From Candidatus Iainarchaeum sp. (lineage in GTDB: Archaea; Iainarchaeota; Iainarchaeia; Iainarchaeales; 0-14-0-20-30-16), in the NCBI GenBank assembly GCA_028710695.1, contig JAQTTP010000003.1, positions 60,001 through 92,000 on the forward strand: a stretch of 32,000 nt of DNA, in the 5' to 3' direction. The notes below the pieces were generated by a model. It was not told the origin of the DNA and did not search any database. It saw nothing but the letters and a program-made list of their open reading frames with translations. A program made the position numbers and the translations under genes. Positions within the stretch are counted from its first letter, which is position 1; each line of letters starts with the position of its first letter. This document shows, piece by piece, positions 1 to 8,082 of this stretch.

Positions 1-81
1 AATGAATACAAGCGTGGAGAAATCAAAAATGCAAAAAGTTGCATATATACCTTGTTAAAGGTAGTCGATATTTTTAGGTAA
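1..81 (+). CDS. 3' end (last 26 codons) of a gene cut by the window edge; possibly a fourth giant-family paralog
   Basis: Frame 1 is open from nt 1 to TAA at 79-81 (NEYKRGEIKNAKSCIYTLLKVVDIFR*). The first codons aat-gaa-tac (NEY) match aat-gaa-tat in the C-terminal ...VFWNEYAQQN* of the 10108-17346 protein. The 12-mer taggtaaagaac (75-86) recurs just after that gene's stop (17359-17370). Only 26 codons are visible, and a competing short frame-2 ORF exists (2-58). Confidence 0.3.
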   Translation, partial: NEYKRGEIKNAKSCIYTLLKVVDIFR

Positions 82-106
82 AGAACCATTTTTTGGTTCT
101 TTTTTT
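81..106 (+). terminator. Stem-loop plus T-run right after the upstream stop codon
   Basis: aagaacca (81-88) and tggttctt (94-101) form a perfect 8-bp inverted repeat with a T5 loop, followed by T-run 102-106. Oligo-T is the known archaeal termination signal. It may also be the AGAACC/GGTTCT element seen upstream of the other giant genes. Confidence 0.4.
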
Positions 107-111
107 AGTTA

Positions 112-153
112 TTATATTTATCTAATAATAATAGTATGAGGCATAAGAGGGAG
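112..153 (+). promoter_or_regulatory. Candidate promoter and short 5' UTR of giant gene 1
   Basis: A TATA-like ttatattta lies at 112-120, about 40 nt upstream of the ATG at 158. An SD-like gagggag lies at 147-153. A/T boxes are common by chance in this AT-rich DNA. Confidence 0.3.
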
Positions 154-157
154 ATTT

Positions 158-3100
158 ATGGGTCTGAGAGAATTTTACTATAAAATGGAAGAAAAATATT
201 ACGCGTTTTTGGACAGCTTAGACAAAAAAGGAATACCTGTGTATTCTGTTGTTGATCCAATTGATAAAGTTGTTCCATCCTTTGTTTTGTTTTTAGTTCT
301 TTTTGGAATAATTATAATCGCAATAATTTATGCTTTAATTGTTGCATTTGGATTGCCAATGACAAACCAAGTTACAGTAACATTTTCTGATAAGATGGGC
401 ACCCCAATCCCTAATGCTTTAGTAAGCTTTTCTTTGGCAGACTCAAATGAAGAAATGACAACTGATGCTTTTGGAACTATTAAGTTCGAAGCAGAACCAG
501 GAAAAGAAATAATGTTCTCTCTAAAATACAATGATAAGACCTATGTGAAATCAGTAAAAATTGAAGACGATGTATTACAATACAAAGTAAGTATTGACCA
601 ATTGAATTTAAGCAAACAAAAATTATCTTTCTCTCTTTATACAACAGATAATACTCCTTTACAAGCAGTAGATATCTACTTTTCATGTTCTAATTCAAGT
701 GCAGAAGCACCAGACAATATGATGGGCTATAGCACAAATGATGTTGACGTTGACGTAGATGGAGATTGTGGGTACCTAATGGTAAGCACAGCATCAGAAT
801 TCTATAAGCCAACAGATGATACTCAGATAGACAACGGTGAAGCAATATATTTAGATCCTGTACAATCATCAGGAGACTCTGCAATTGTTGTAAATGTAAC
901 TGACACAACAGGTGCAATAGTTACTGATTTTGAAGCAACACTATCTATTGGAATTTATGATGGTTATTATTCTTCAGGATATAGTAATGAAACAAGCCAA
1001 GTTCAATTCGCAAATCTTGCTGCAGGATTATATAAAATAACTGTAAGCAAATCTGGATACACAAATGCAGTTGGCTCTGTAACTCTTGAAGAAACAGATG
1101 TTAAAACATTGAACTTGCAGATGACAAAGCTAGAAGGCGGAACTCAGGTAAGCATAAAGGTAATGAACTTAGCATCAAAAGCTTTGCAAGGTGCAGAAGT
1201 TTGTTTTTATGATATTAATGGTGAAAGTTATACAAAAATTGGTTGTGCAACTACAAACGAAAGTGGGTTGGCAACTTATACTTTAGAAAAAGATAAATCA
1301 CACAAATTTACAGTAACAAAAGAAGGATACTCATCAATAGTTTATACTGATCTTGCTGCAAATTCAGACACAATTGAAGTGAAATTGTCATCAGTAGATC
1401 CAAGCAAGTATAGATTGATGAAAGTAAAAGTAATTGACTCAGAAGGAAAGCCTGTTGAGAATGCAAAAGTAAATGTTTATGATGACAAAGGAAATATAGC
1501 GCCTTATGAGCCTGGAACAACAGACTTAAATGGAATGGCTTATCTGTCTTTTATTGAAGATGGAAAATACAAATTATTTGCATACAAGTTGAATTATTCT
1601 GGATTCTCAGATTTAGCAGACTTTGATAATCAAGATAATTTAGCAACAATTGATTACACAGTTTCAATGTATATTCCAAAAGGAATAATTGCAGTTTCAG
1701 TAGTTGACTCTTATGGAAGCAATGTTCCGAATGCAGTTGTAAAATTCTTTGATGCTTCTTGGAATGAAATTACTGCTTTGGGTGGAAAACACACAGATGG
1801 TTATGGCCAATTGGGTGTTGAATATAGGGCAGACAAAAAATTATTTTTTGTAGTTCAAAAAGAAAGTTATGAAAATTATATTTCAAAATCAGAATATATA
1901 ATTCCAGACACAACAACTGAAAAGAAAGTTGTAATGGAAAAGAAAAAATTAAAGCCTGAACCAAAAGTAGAATTTGTAAATTTAACAACAGAAGATGGAA
2001 CTGATGTTTCTATTTTGGGTGCGGGAAATAAATATATTGCTAAATTTAAAATCACTTTGCCAGAAAAAGAGCAACCATTTGAAACAATGAGCGCATACTT
2101 TGTATCTGGAGATAAAGATATAGTTGAAAAAGATGGTTGGCATATAGAAAAAGTTGTGTATAGTGGATTAGGTACTTTGAGTAAAGGAAGAAGCTATACA
2201 GGAAATTATGATAATGATATAAAAGGGATAAACCAAGTTGGAAATGAAATTGAACAAGGAATGCCATTTGAAGATTCATTTAAATGGATTGGAATAAATT
2301 GGGATCTAGAAAAAATGGATTTAATTTCAGGAATATTCTTTGTTGATGTTTACTTGAAAGTAAAAGATACAACAAAGATTGGTGAAAACCTTCCAATAAA
2401 CTTTAAGTTGTCAACAGAAAATAAAGATGAAAAATTCACAGATCCTTTGAACGAAGTTCCAGAATTCCCAGACGCAAGCAAAACAAAACTGTATAACGAA
2501 AGTAAGAATAAATTCTTTACAGTTGGAACTGCTCAACAGACTTGTGACGAATTATTTTGTTTTGAAATAAACGTTGAAGACAATGACGAAGCAATAATCC
2601 AAGATATGGTTCCTGATACTCCCTATGTTTCAGAGTTAGGAAAGAACTATACTTTGAGATTTAAATTAATAAATAACAACATAAAACCAGTAACAAATTA
2701 TAGGGTAATAATAAAGAACGAGCAAGAAAATACTTTCTTTACAACTTCAAATATAAAAGGAGTTTCAGGAAATATAAGTCCTGTTTTGAACTCAGAAGTT
2801 GCAAAGCAAGAAAACAATTACCAGATTGTTTATAACGAAGATGTATATCAAGAATTGCAAAAGAATGATCTTGTAATTGGAGAGATAAATTTCGAGCCAA
2901 GAAAGATTGGAAGCGGAAGTTTGAAGTTTATTGTAATACAAGATAAACAAGAATATTATTCAAAAGAATTCTTGATAAATGTAAATGCTTACAAAGAAAT
3001 GACTGTAACTTTGGCTCCAGAAGTATTGCCGTCTTATATCCCTTTGAAAGTTGATTTATTAGCAAAGGATAAAGAAACAGGCGAATTAGTAACTGGTGCA

Positions 3101-6100
3101 AAAATATATGTGAAAGATAATTCAGGATTGGTTCTATTTATGGGGGCTACTGACGCAGAAGGAAAAGCAGTAATTGATTTGCCATCTCAAAAACCAAATG
3201 TTTTATTGAAATTATTAGTGTACAAGCCAAAGTATAAATCATTTGAATTTGAATACAAAACAAGTTCAGAATTTATAACTTTGAGCAAAGAAAAAATTGA
3301 TATGAAAATAGATGCGAAATTAGGATTTGCAAAAGAGAGTTTGTTCTTGACAAACACAAGTGAAGTTCCTGTAAAGATTGAAGATATCTTCTTGCAAGGA
3401 AATTTTGCAGAAAAATTGTCATTAGCTCAAATAAATAAATACTTTGAAGTATCACATAAAGGAAAAATGGTTGATAAATCTTTGAAGTATGATTTAGCAA
3501 TAAACCTTGCTTTGACAGAGTTAGGTCAGAACATAACTACAAATGAAGAGTATGATTCAATATTAGTAATTAAATTAAGTGCAATGGGCGGAAAATGGGA
3601 AATGAAAGTTCCAATGCACTTGCTTCTATCTGTTGGTGGAAGTGTTGATGACAGAACTTGTTTGGCTGCAGATTTAATTAATATGAAATTAGTTTCAACT
3701 GAAAATAAACAAGACAAGCAAACACTAACAATAACAAATGGCTGTACAATAAACGGAAAGCCAGTTTCATTGAATAATTTAGAAGCAAAATTAGAATGGA
3801 AAACAAATGCTTTGGGATCAATACAAATGACCAAAGAAGAATATTCAAATAATGTAATGCAAGCTTACTTTACAAGTTTGATTAACAAGTTGACTCCTAG
3901 TAGCGAGAATACTTTTGTAGTGAATATAGAACCAAAATCAAAAGTTTCTGGAAAAGGAGAAGCAATATTACATTTAAGAGCTTTGAACAATACTGAAAGT
4001 GGAGTTGAATATATAATATTAGATATTCCATTGGAAGTTGATGTTGTGAATTATGGTGAATGTATCCAGTTTGAGTTGCCAAATGCAGAAACAGATGTTG
4101 TTGCAACTTTAAGAGATGCAGACACAAGCTTTAAGGTAACAAACACATGTGCTGAAAAAATAGAAGTAACATTTAGCTTGAAGCCAGAGGATACTGTGCA
4201 GATAAGCCCAGACAAGATTTGGGTTAAAGCTAATGAAACAAAAGAAATTAAAGTAAAGCCGACAAATTCAGCAATTGGTGTTTATACTGTTGATGTATTT
4301 GGAAGAACTGAAGGCCACACAAATGAAGGAATAAGAGTAGGAATAAATGCTTTGAGGGTTCTATTGCAACCTTTGACAACAGATTGTTTCTACTTAGAGA
4401 ACTATGAGTTTGATATGGCAAGGAATCCAGAAGAAACAAAGTGGACAACTTTAGTAAATAAATGTGTAAACAAGCAAGCAGTTGTTCAATATGATTTGAA
4501 AATAGAAGTAGATGTTGATGGCTGGGATTATGTTTTAGGTATATTAGGTGGTGCAGCCGGTGGAGCAGTAGGTAATAAACTTGGCGGCATGATCGGTGAG
4601 CTTGGTGGTGGATTACTTGGCGGTTTAGGCGCAGGTAACTTCGGAATGGTAATGCTTGAAACTAAAGATGATTGTGAATTGGAATGTCTCTATAACTATT
4701 CTGGTGAAGAATATACTACCTGTGTGAATGTTTGTGCAAGTATGGGTCTTCCTGAAACAGAAGCCCCAAGTGGTACAACAGGTACTGGAAGTGGTGCTGG
4801 TGCAAGTGGAATTGGTGGAGATGTAAGTGGTACTCCTCCTGCAAATGGTACGGGTACAGGAACAGGTACTGGAGATAAACCGGCGGCAGATAAAAAGAAG
4901 TTTGACAAAGGAAGTTTTAAAGAGGCAATTACTGGTGGACTTGGTTCTGCAGCAGGATCTGCTGGAGTAAGTTACCTAATTGGAAGTCTAACTGGATTAG
5001 ATCCTGAGACAAAGAAAGATACTACTAAATGGTCTGCGATTTTAGGTGGTGTTGGTGGTCTTGCGGGCAGCTGGATTGGAGGCCCAATGGGTATGGTTCT
5101 GGGTGGTTTAGGTGGTGCAGTAGGTAACATTATTGGATTAGCATCTAATGATGGAGACACTATAGAAACAATAACAAGAACAATCCCAACAATGGTTGAA
5201 GATTATATGACTATGAACGATGTTCTCCTGACTGAGGCGGCACAAAAGAGCATGCTGGGTGGAAATATGGCTGCTTTAAAAGCAAAATCAATTGCAGATA
5301 AAGCAGGAACTGTGGCAGCAGAAATAATTAATGCTACGTCAGCTCTCTCTGGAAACGTAGTTTTTGAATCAGGTGGAACAATAGAAATAGAACTATCTAA
5401 AAAAATTGAAAGAACATTTAATAATCAAAATAAACTTGTAAAAGGAATTGGAGAGCAAGCAATTGAAATGTATCCAGTTGGATTTACAAAATCAAAAACA
5501 GGAATGGACAATAAAGTTGAAAGCTTGACTTTGTTATTGAATTATAATAGAAAGAATCTGAAGAGCTTAGTTGCAAGTCAGGATTATAGTACATCCGGAT
5601 GGACAACACAGCCTAACCAGTATATGTCACAGATGGGCGGGTATGGTCAGTCAGGCCAATATGGAATGCAGAATGGCGGATACAATGGCTATGGTTATGG
5701 TTCAAGTATGGGCTATGGCGGTTATGGAACTGGAATGGGTTATAGCGGAATGGACTCATACGGAATGCCATCTGCGTTTAGTACTATAGGACTACAAGCG
5801 GACTCAGATACAATATCCTATGAGGATGCTCAAGAAGACCAGAAAGTAGAAGAAATGGATAGAGAAAAAGTTGAAACATCTCTAGAGCCAGGAAATGTTG
5901 AAATAATAAATGAATATTCTCCGATAAGCATGTTATTTACTGATGTTGCTGATCAGCAAAAGAAATATAACTTGCCAATAGAGAATTGTTTCTTGGCAAA
6001 TGGCAAATCTGGAGCAACAGGTCCAGAAGCAAAACCAAAAGTTGCATTTACTTGGAGATGGAATGATGTTGTAGATTACCAAGTAGGCTCTGGTGGATAT

Positions 6101-7969
6101 ATGTGTAGTGACGGAAACATATATTGTGATGCTACACAGTTTACAATAGAAGTAATAAACAGATTAAAAATTGCAAATGGTTTATTGAAATCATTTAGTC
6201 CAGATTGTGAATATAGCCAAGCAATTTATAATGACACATTTGATGTTACTGATCAATATGTTGGTGTAAGTAGTGTTGTTGTTGAAAGACTTGGGAATTC
6301 ATCAAGTAACTACAATTTAGTTGTGAAAGTACAGAATAATTCCTTGAATAAGCTTTCAGGAAATTATATTGTAAAGGTAGTAGATACACAGCAAACAAAA
6401 GACCTTTACACATTTAATGGACAATTTGATTTGAGCAAGAAATCTAATGCTTCAGATGATGAATTGGTAATAACAAATGAAGTTGAATTGTACTATAGCA
6501 CATTCAAAGTTGAAGTTCAATTTAACTCTGTAAAGAACGAAGATACTACAGAAAAATTGCCATACAATTATGTAATACCTTATAATGGCGAGCAATTTGC
6601 TTATGACTCAACAGCACTAATGGGCTTAGAAAAAAGCACAGATAAAATAATAGAGTGGGGCAATTGTGCTAAGAAAGAAGGCGCAGCAACAACAATTTGG
6701 AATAAGTTGAACTTTGAAGCTTACCTAATGAAGGATGGATTTACAGATGACTTCTTGGCAGACTTCAAAGAATATGCTGTTAACCAGAAATTCTTAGATG
6801 CTCCTGGAGATGCAAAGAAAATAATAAACAACTTGCTTCCAAACAACCTAAAGTTCTTGCCAAAAGAATCTGCTTTGAATGCTATGGGCTATTCATTGCC
6901 GCAAGCAGGATTGTATAAAGTAGAAATTGTTGTGAAATATGGCGATACTCATATGGGCTGGGATGTATTTGACAGCGATGGAAAAATAATTGAAGATGTA
7001 AACTCCATTGCAGTTTATTTAGAGCCAGTAAAGTTTAGTGATAATCCACTATACTATTTGCCATTGGATGCAACTGTTGGTGTTGAGAATTATGAACTTA
7101 AGAGAATTGGATATGGTCTTGACTTTGGCGGAGACACTTTATGGTTCAACAAAGAAAGTGAAGATAATCCAACTTTGATACCAACATTGGTTTCTAAGTC
7201 TAATCCACAAGTTCATGTTGAAACTGTTTCAAAGCAAGATATGGAAACTCTGAACACTTATAAAGGATTAGTTCTAAAGGTTGTTCCAACAGGAACAGTT
7301 GGAGACACAGTAGAAAGAACAATATATTATTATCCATCAGTTCCAGCACCAGTAGCAATGTATATTAGTAAAGAATCAGATGGCCCAGCATATGGATCTT
7401 ATTTGATTTCAAGAGCAAACAAGGGACCTGTAAACTCAGGAAACTCCTTGATGAACTGGTATGGATTCTGTAACAAAGGAACTGAGATGTATGCTCCAGA
7501 AACAGATACAGAAAAGAAATATGCTTGTAAAGGATTCTCTGGCGAAGATATAATTGATCTTCAAGGATATCCTGATAAAGCAGGAACAAAGATAGACATA
7601 CCTTTGGGAGAATTTAAAGCAAATGCTTATGGAATGTTCTTTGATGAGGATAGCTTGTTGAGAACTCCAGAAACAAGCAAGGTATTCTTCAGAGGAATTA
7701 TTTACCTAACACCGAACGAAACATCAACTTTCAAGAAGATAACTGCAAGTGATGAAATGAAGATATTATATCCTGAAGGAGCAAGCGATGAATTCACACT
7801 TGAGCCTTTGAATAAGGATGTATCTACAGTTCAAAGCATTTACGACTTGGTTGGAGATGGGTATATGTGTGTAACTAATCCACAAGGCGGTGCAGGAGTA
7901 GAATTCTGGTGGAACCCTAAGGCTGTATTTGATACCTTGGAGTCCGGAGACGCGGAAGGTAGTAGTTAA
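158..7969 (+). CDS. Giant (2603 aa) membrane-anchored surface protein, paralog 1: conserved N-terminal module + TM helix, prealbumin/CarboxypepD_reg-like beta-sandwich repeats, central glycine-zipper region, G/Y-rich low-complexity tract, conserved C-terminal module
   Basis: This is a single uninterrupted ORF. The N-terminus MGLREFYYKMEEKYYAFLDSLD...IDKVVPSFVLFLVLFGIIIIAIIYALIVAFG aligns with the two other giant ORFs. It has repeated units of the type KVKVIDSEGKPVENAKVNVYDDKGN...TTDLNGMAYLSF..GKYKLFAYKLNYSG (e.g. nt 1418-1605), typical of carboxypeptidase-regulatory-like/prealbumin folds. Many N-x-S/T sequons are visible. GxxxG arrays lie at 4538-4657 and 5030-5146. Confidence 0.9.
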   Translation: MGLREFYYKMEEKYYAFLDSLDKKGIPVYSVVDPIDKVVPSFVLFLVLFGIIIIAIIYALIVAFGLPMTNQVTVTFSDKMGTPIPNALVSFSLADSNEEMTTDAFGTIKFEAEPGKEIMFSLKYNDKTYVKSVKIEDDVLQYKVSIDQLNLSKQKLSFSLYTTDNTPLQAVDIYFSCSNSSAEAPDNMMGYSTNDVDVDVDGDCGYLMVSTASEFYKPTDDTQIDNGEAIYLDPVQSSGDSAIVVNVTDTTGAIVTDFEATLSIGIYDGYYSSGYSNETSQVQFANLAAGLYKITVSKSGYTNAVGSVTLEETDVKTLNLQMTKLEGGTQVSIKVMNLASKALQGAEVCFYDINGESYTKIGCATTNESGLATYTLEKDKSHKFTVTKEGYSSIVYTDLAANSDTIEVKLSSVDPSKYRLMKVKVIDSEGKPVENAKVNVYDDKGNIAPYEPGTTDLNGMAYLSFIEDGKYKLFAYKLNYSGFSDLADFDNQDNLATIDYTVSMYIPKGIIAVSVVDSYGSNVPNAVVKFFDASWNEITALGGKHTDGYGQLGVEYRADKKLFFVVQKESYENYISKSEYIIPDTTTEKKVVMEKKKLKPEPKVEFVNLTTEDGTDVSILGAGNKYIAKFKITLPEKEQPFETMSAYFVSGDKDIVEKDGWHIEKVVYSGLGTLSKGRSYTGNYDNDIKGINQVGNEIEQGMPFEDSFKWIGINWDLEKMDLISGIFFVDVYLKVKDTTKIGENLPINFKLSTENKDEKFTDPLNEVPEFPDASKTKLYNESKNKFFTVGTAQQTCDELFCFEINVEDNDEAIIQDMVPDTPYVSELGKNYTLRFKLINNNIKPVTNYRVIIKNEQENTFFTTSNIKGVSGNISPVLNSEVAKQENNYQIVYNEDVYQELQKNDLVIGEINFEPRKIGSGSLKFIVIQDKQEYYSKEFLINVNAYKEMTVTLAPEVLPSYIPLKVDLLAKDKETGELVTGAKIYVKDNSGLVLFMGATDAEGKAVIDLPSQKPNVLLKLLVYKPKYKSFEFEYKTSSEFITLSKEKIDMKIDAKLGFAKESLFLTNTSEVPVKIEDIFLQGNFAEKLSLAQINKYFEVSHKGKMVDKSLKYDLAINLALTELGQNITTNEEYDSILVIKLSAMGGKWEMKVPMHLLLSVGGSVDDRTCLAADLINMKLVSTENKQDKQTLTITNGCTINGKPVSLNNLEAKLEWKTNALGSIQMTKEEYSNNVMQAYFTSLINKLTPSSENTFVVNIEPKSKVSGKGEAILHLRALNNTESGVEYIILDIPLEVDVVNYGECIQFELPNAETDVVATLRDADTSFKVTNTCAEKIEVTFSLKPEDTVQISPDKIWVKANETKEIKVKPTNSAIGVYTVDVFGRTEGHTNEGIRVGINALRVLLQPLTTDCFYLENYEFDMARNPEETKWTTLVNKCVNKQAVVQYDLKIEVDVDGWDYVLGILGGAAGGAVGNKLGGMIGELGGGLLGGLGAGNFGMVMLETKDDCELECLYNYSGEEYTTCVNVCASMGLPETEAPSGTTGTGSGAGASGIGGDVSGTPPANGTGTGTGTGDKPAADKKKFDKGSFKEAITGGLGSAAGSAGVSYLIGSLTGLDPETKKDTTKWSAILGGVGGLAGSWIGGPMGMVLGGLGGAVGNIIGLASNDGDTIETITRTIPTMVEDYMTMNDVLLTEAAQKSMLGGNMAALKAKSIADKAGTVAAEIINATSALSGNVVFESGGTIEIELSKKIERTFNNQNKLVKGIGEQAIEMYPVGFTKSKTGMDNKVESLTLLLNYNRKNLKSLVASQDYSTSGWTTQPNQYMSQMGGYGQSGQYGMQNGGYNGYGYGSSMGYGGYGTGMGYSGMDSYGMPSAFSTIGLQADSDTISYEDAQEDQKVEEMDREKVETSLEPGNVEIINEYSPISMLFTDVADQQKKYNLPIENCFLANGKSGATGPEAKPKVAFTWRWNDVVDYQVGSGGYMCSDGNIYCDATQFTIEVINRLKIANGLLKSFSPDCEYSQAIYNDTFDVTDQYVGVSSVVVERLGNSSSNYNLVVKVQNNSLNKLSGNYIVKVVDTQQTKDLYTFNGQFDLSKKSNASDDELVITNEVELYYSTFKVEVQFNSVKNEDTTEKLPYNYVIPYNGEQFAYDSTALMGLEKSTDKIIEWGNCAKKEGAATTIWNKLNFEAYLMKDGFTDDFLADFKEYAVNQKFLDAPGDAKKIINNLLPNNLKFLPKESALNAMGYSLPQAGLYKVEIVVKYGDTHMGWDVFDSDGKIIEDVNSIAVYLEPVKFSDNPLYYLPLDATVGVENYELKRIGYGLDFGGDTLWFNKESEDNPTLIPTLVSKSNPQVHVETVSKQDMETLNTYKGLVLKVVPTGTVGDTVERTIYYYPSVPAPVAMYISKESDGPAYGSYLISRANKGPVNSGNSLMNWYGFCNKGTEMYAPETDTEKKYACKGFSGEDIIDLQGYPDKAGTKIDIPLGEFKANAYGMFFDEDSLLRTPETSKVFFRGIIYLTPNETSTFKKITASDEMKILYPEGASDEFTLEPLNKDVSTVQSIYDLVGDGYMCVTNPQGGAGVEFWWNPKAVFDTLESGDAEGSS

Positions 7970-8000
7970 TAACTACTCTTTCTTTCTTTTTTATTTTTTT
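7961..8000 (+). terminator. Hairpin spanning the stop codon followed by a long T-rich tract
   Basis: agtagtt (7961-7967) and aactact (7971-7977) are a perfect 7-bp inverted repeat with loop aat. They are followed by ctttctttcttttttattttttt up to 8000, which includes T6 and T7 runs. Confidence 0.5.
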
Positions 8001-8082
8001 GTGATTTAAATGCCAAGTTTGAATTTATGCTCAAAATCGCAAAAATGTCAAACAGAGACATTAAAATCAAAAGGTGATTTAA

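Noticed and set aside
2-58. A frame-2 mini-ORF, MNTSVEKSKMQKVAYIPC*, at the window start.
   Set aside because: It has only 18 codons. The frame-1 reading, open to the window edge with an NEY motif and a stop directly followed by a terminator hairpin, is the better explanation, though neither is proven.
4848-4874. The imperfect hexanucleotide repeat ggtacN encoding GTGTGTGTG, considered as a possible phase-variation tract.
   Set aside because: The repeat unit is a multiple of 3 and is imperfect. Slippage would therefore change linker length rather than switch the frame, so it is not a convincing contingency locus.
5571-5789. A plus-strand 72-aa ORF in an alternative frame inside giant gene 1.
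   Set aside because: It coincides exactly with the GC-richer GGY/ATG repeat codons of the G/Y/M low-complexity tract, which happen to lack stops in a second frame. There is no independent start context.
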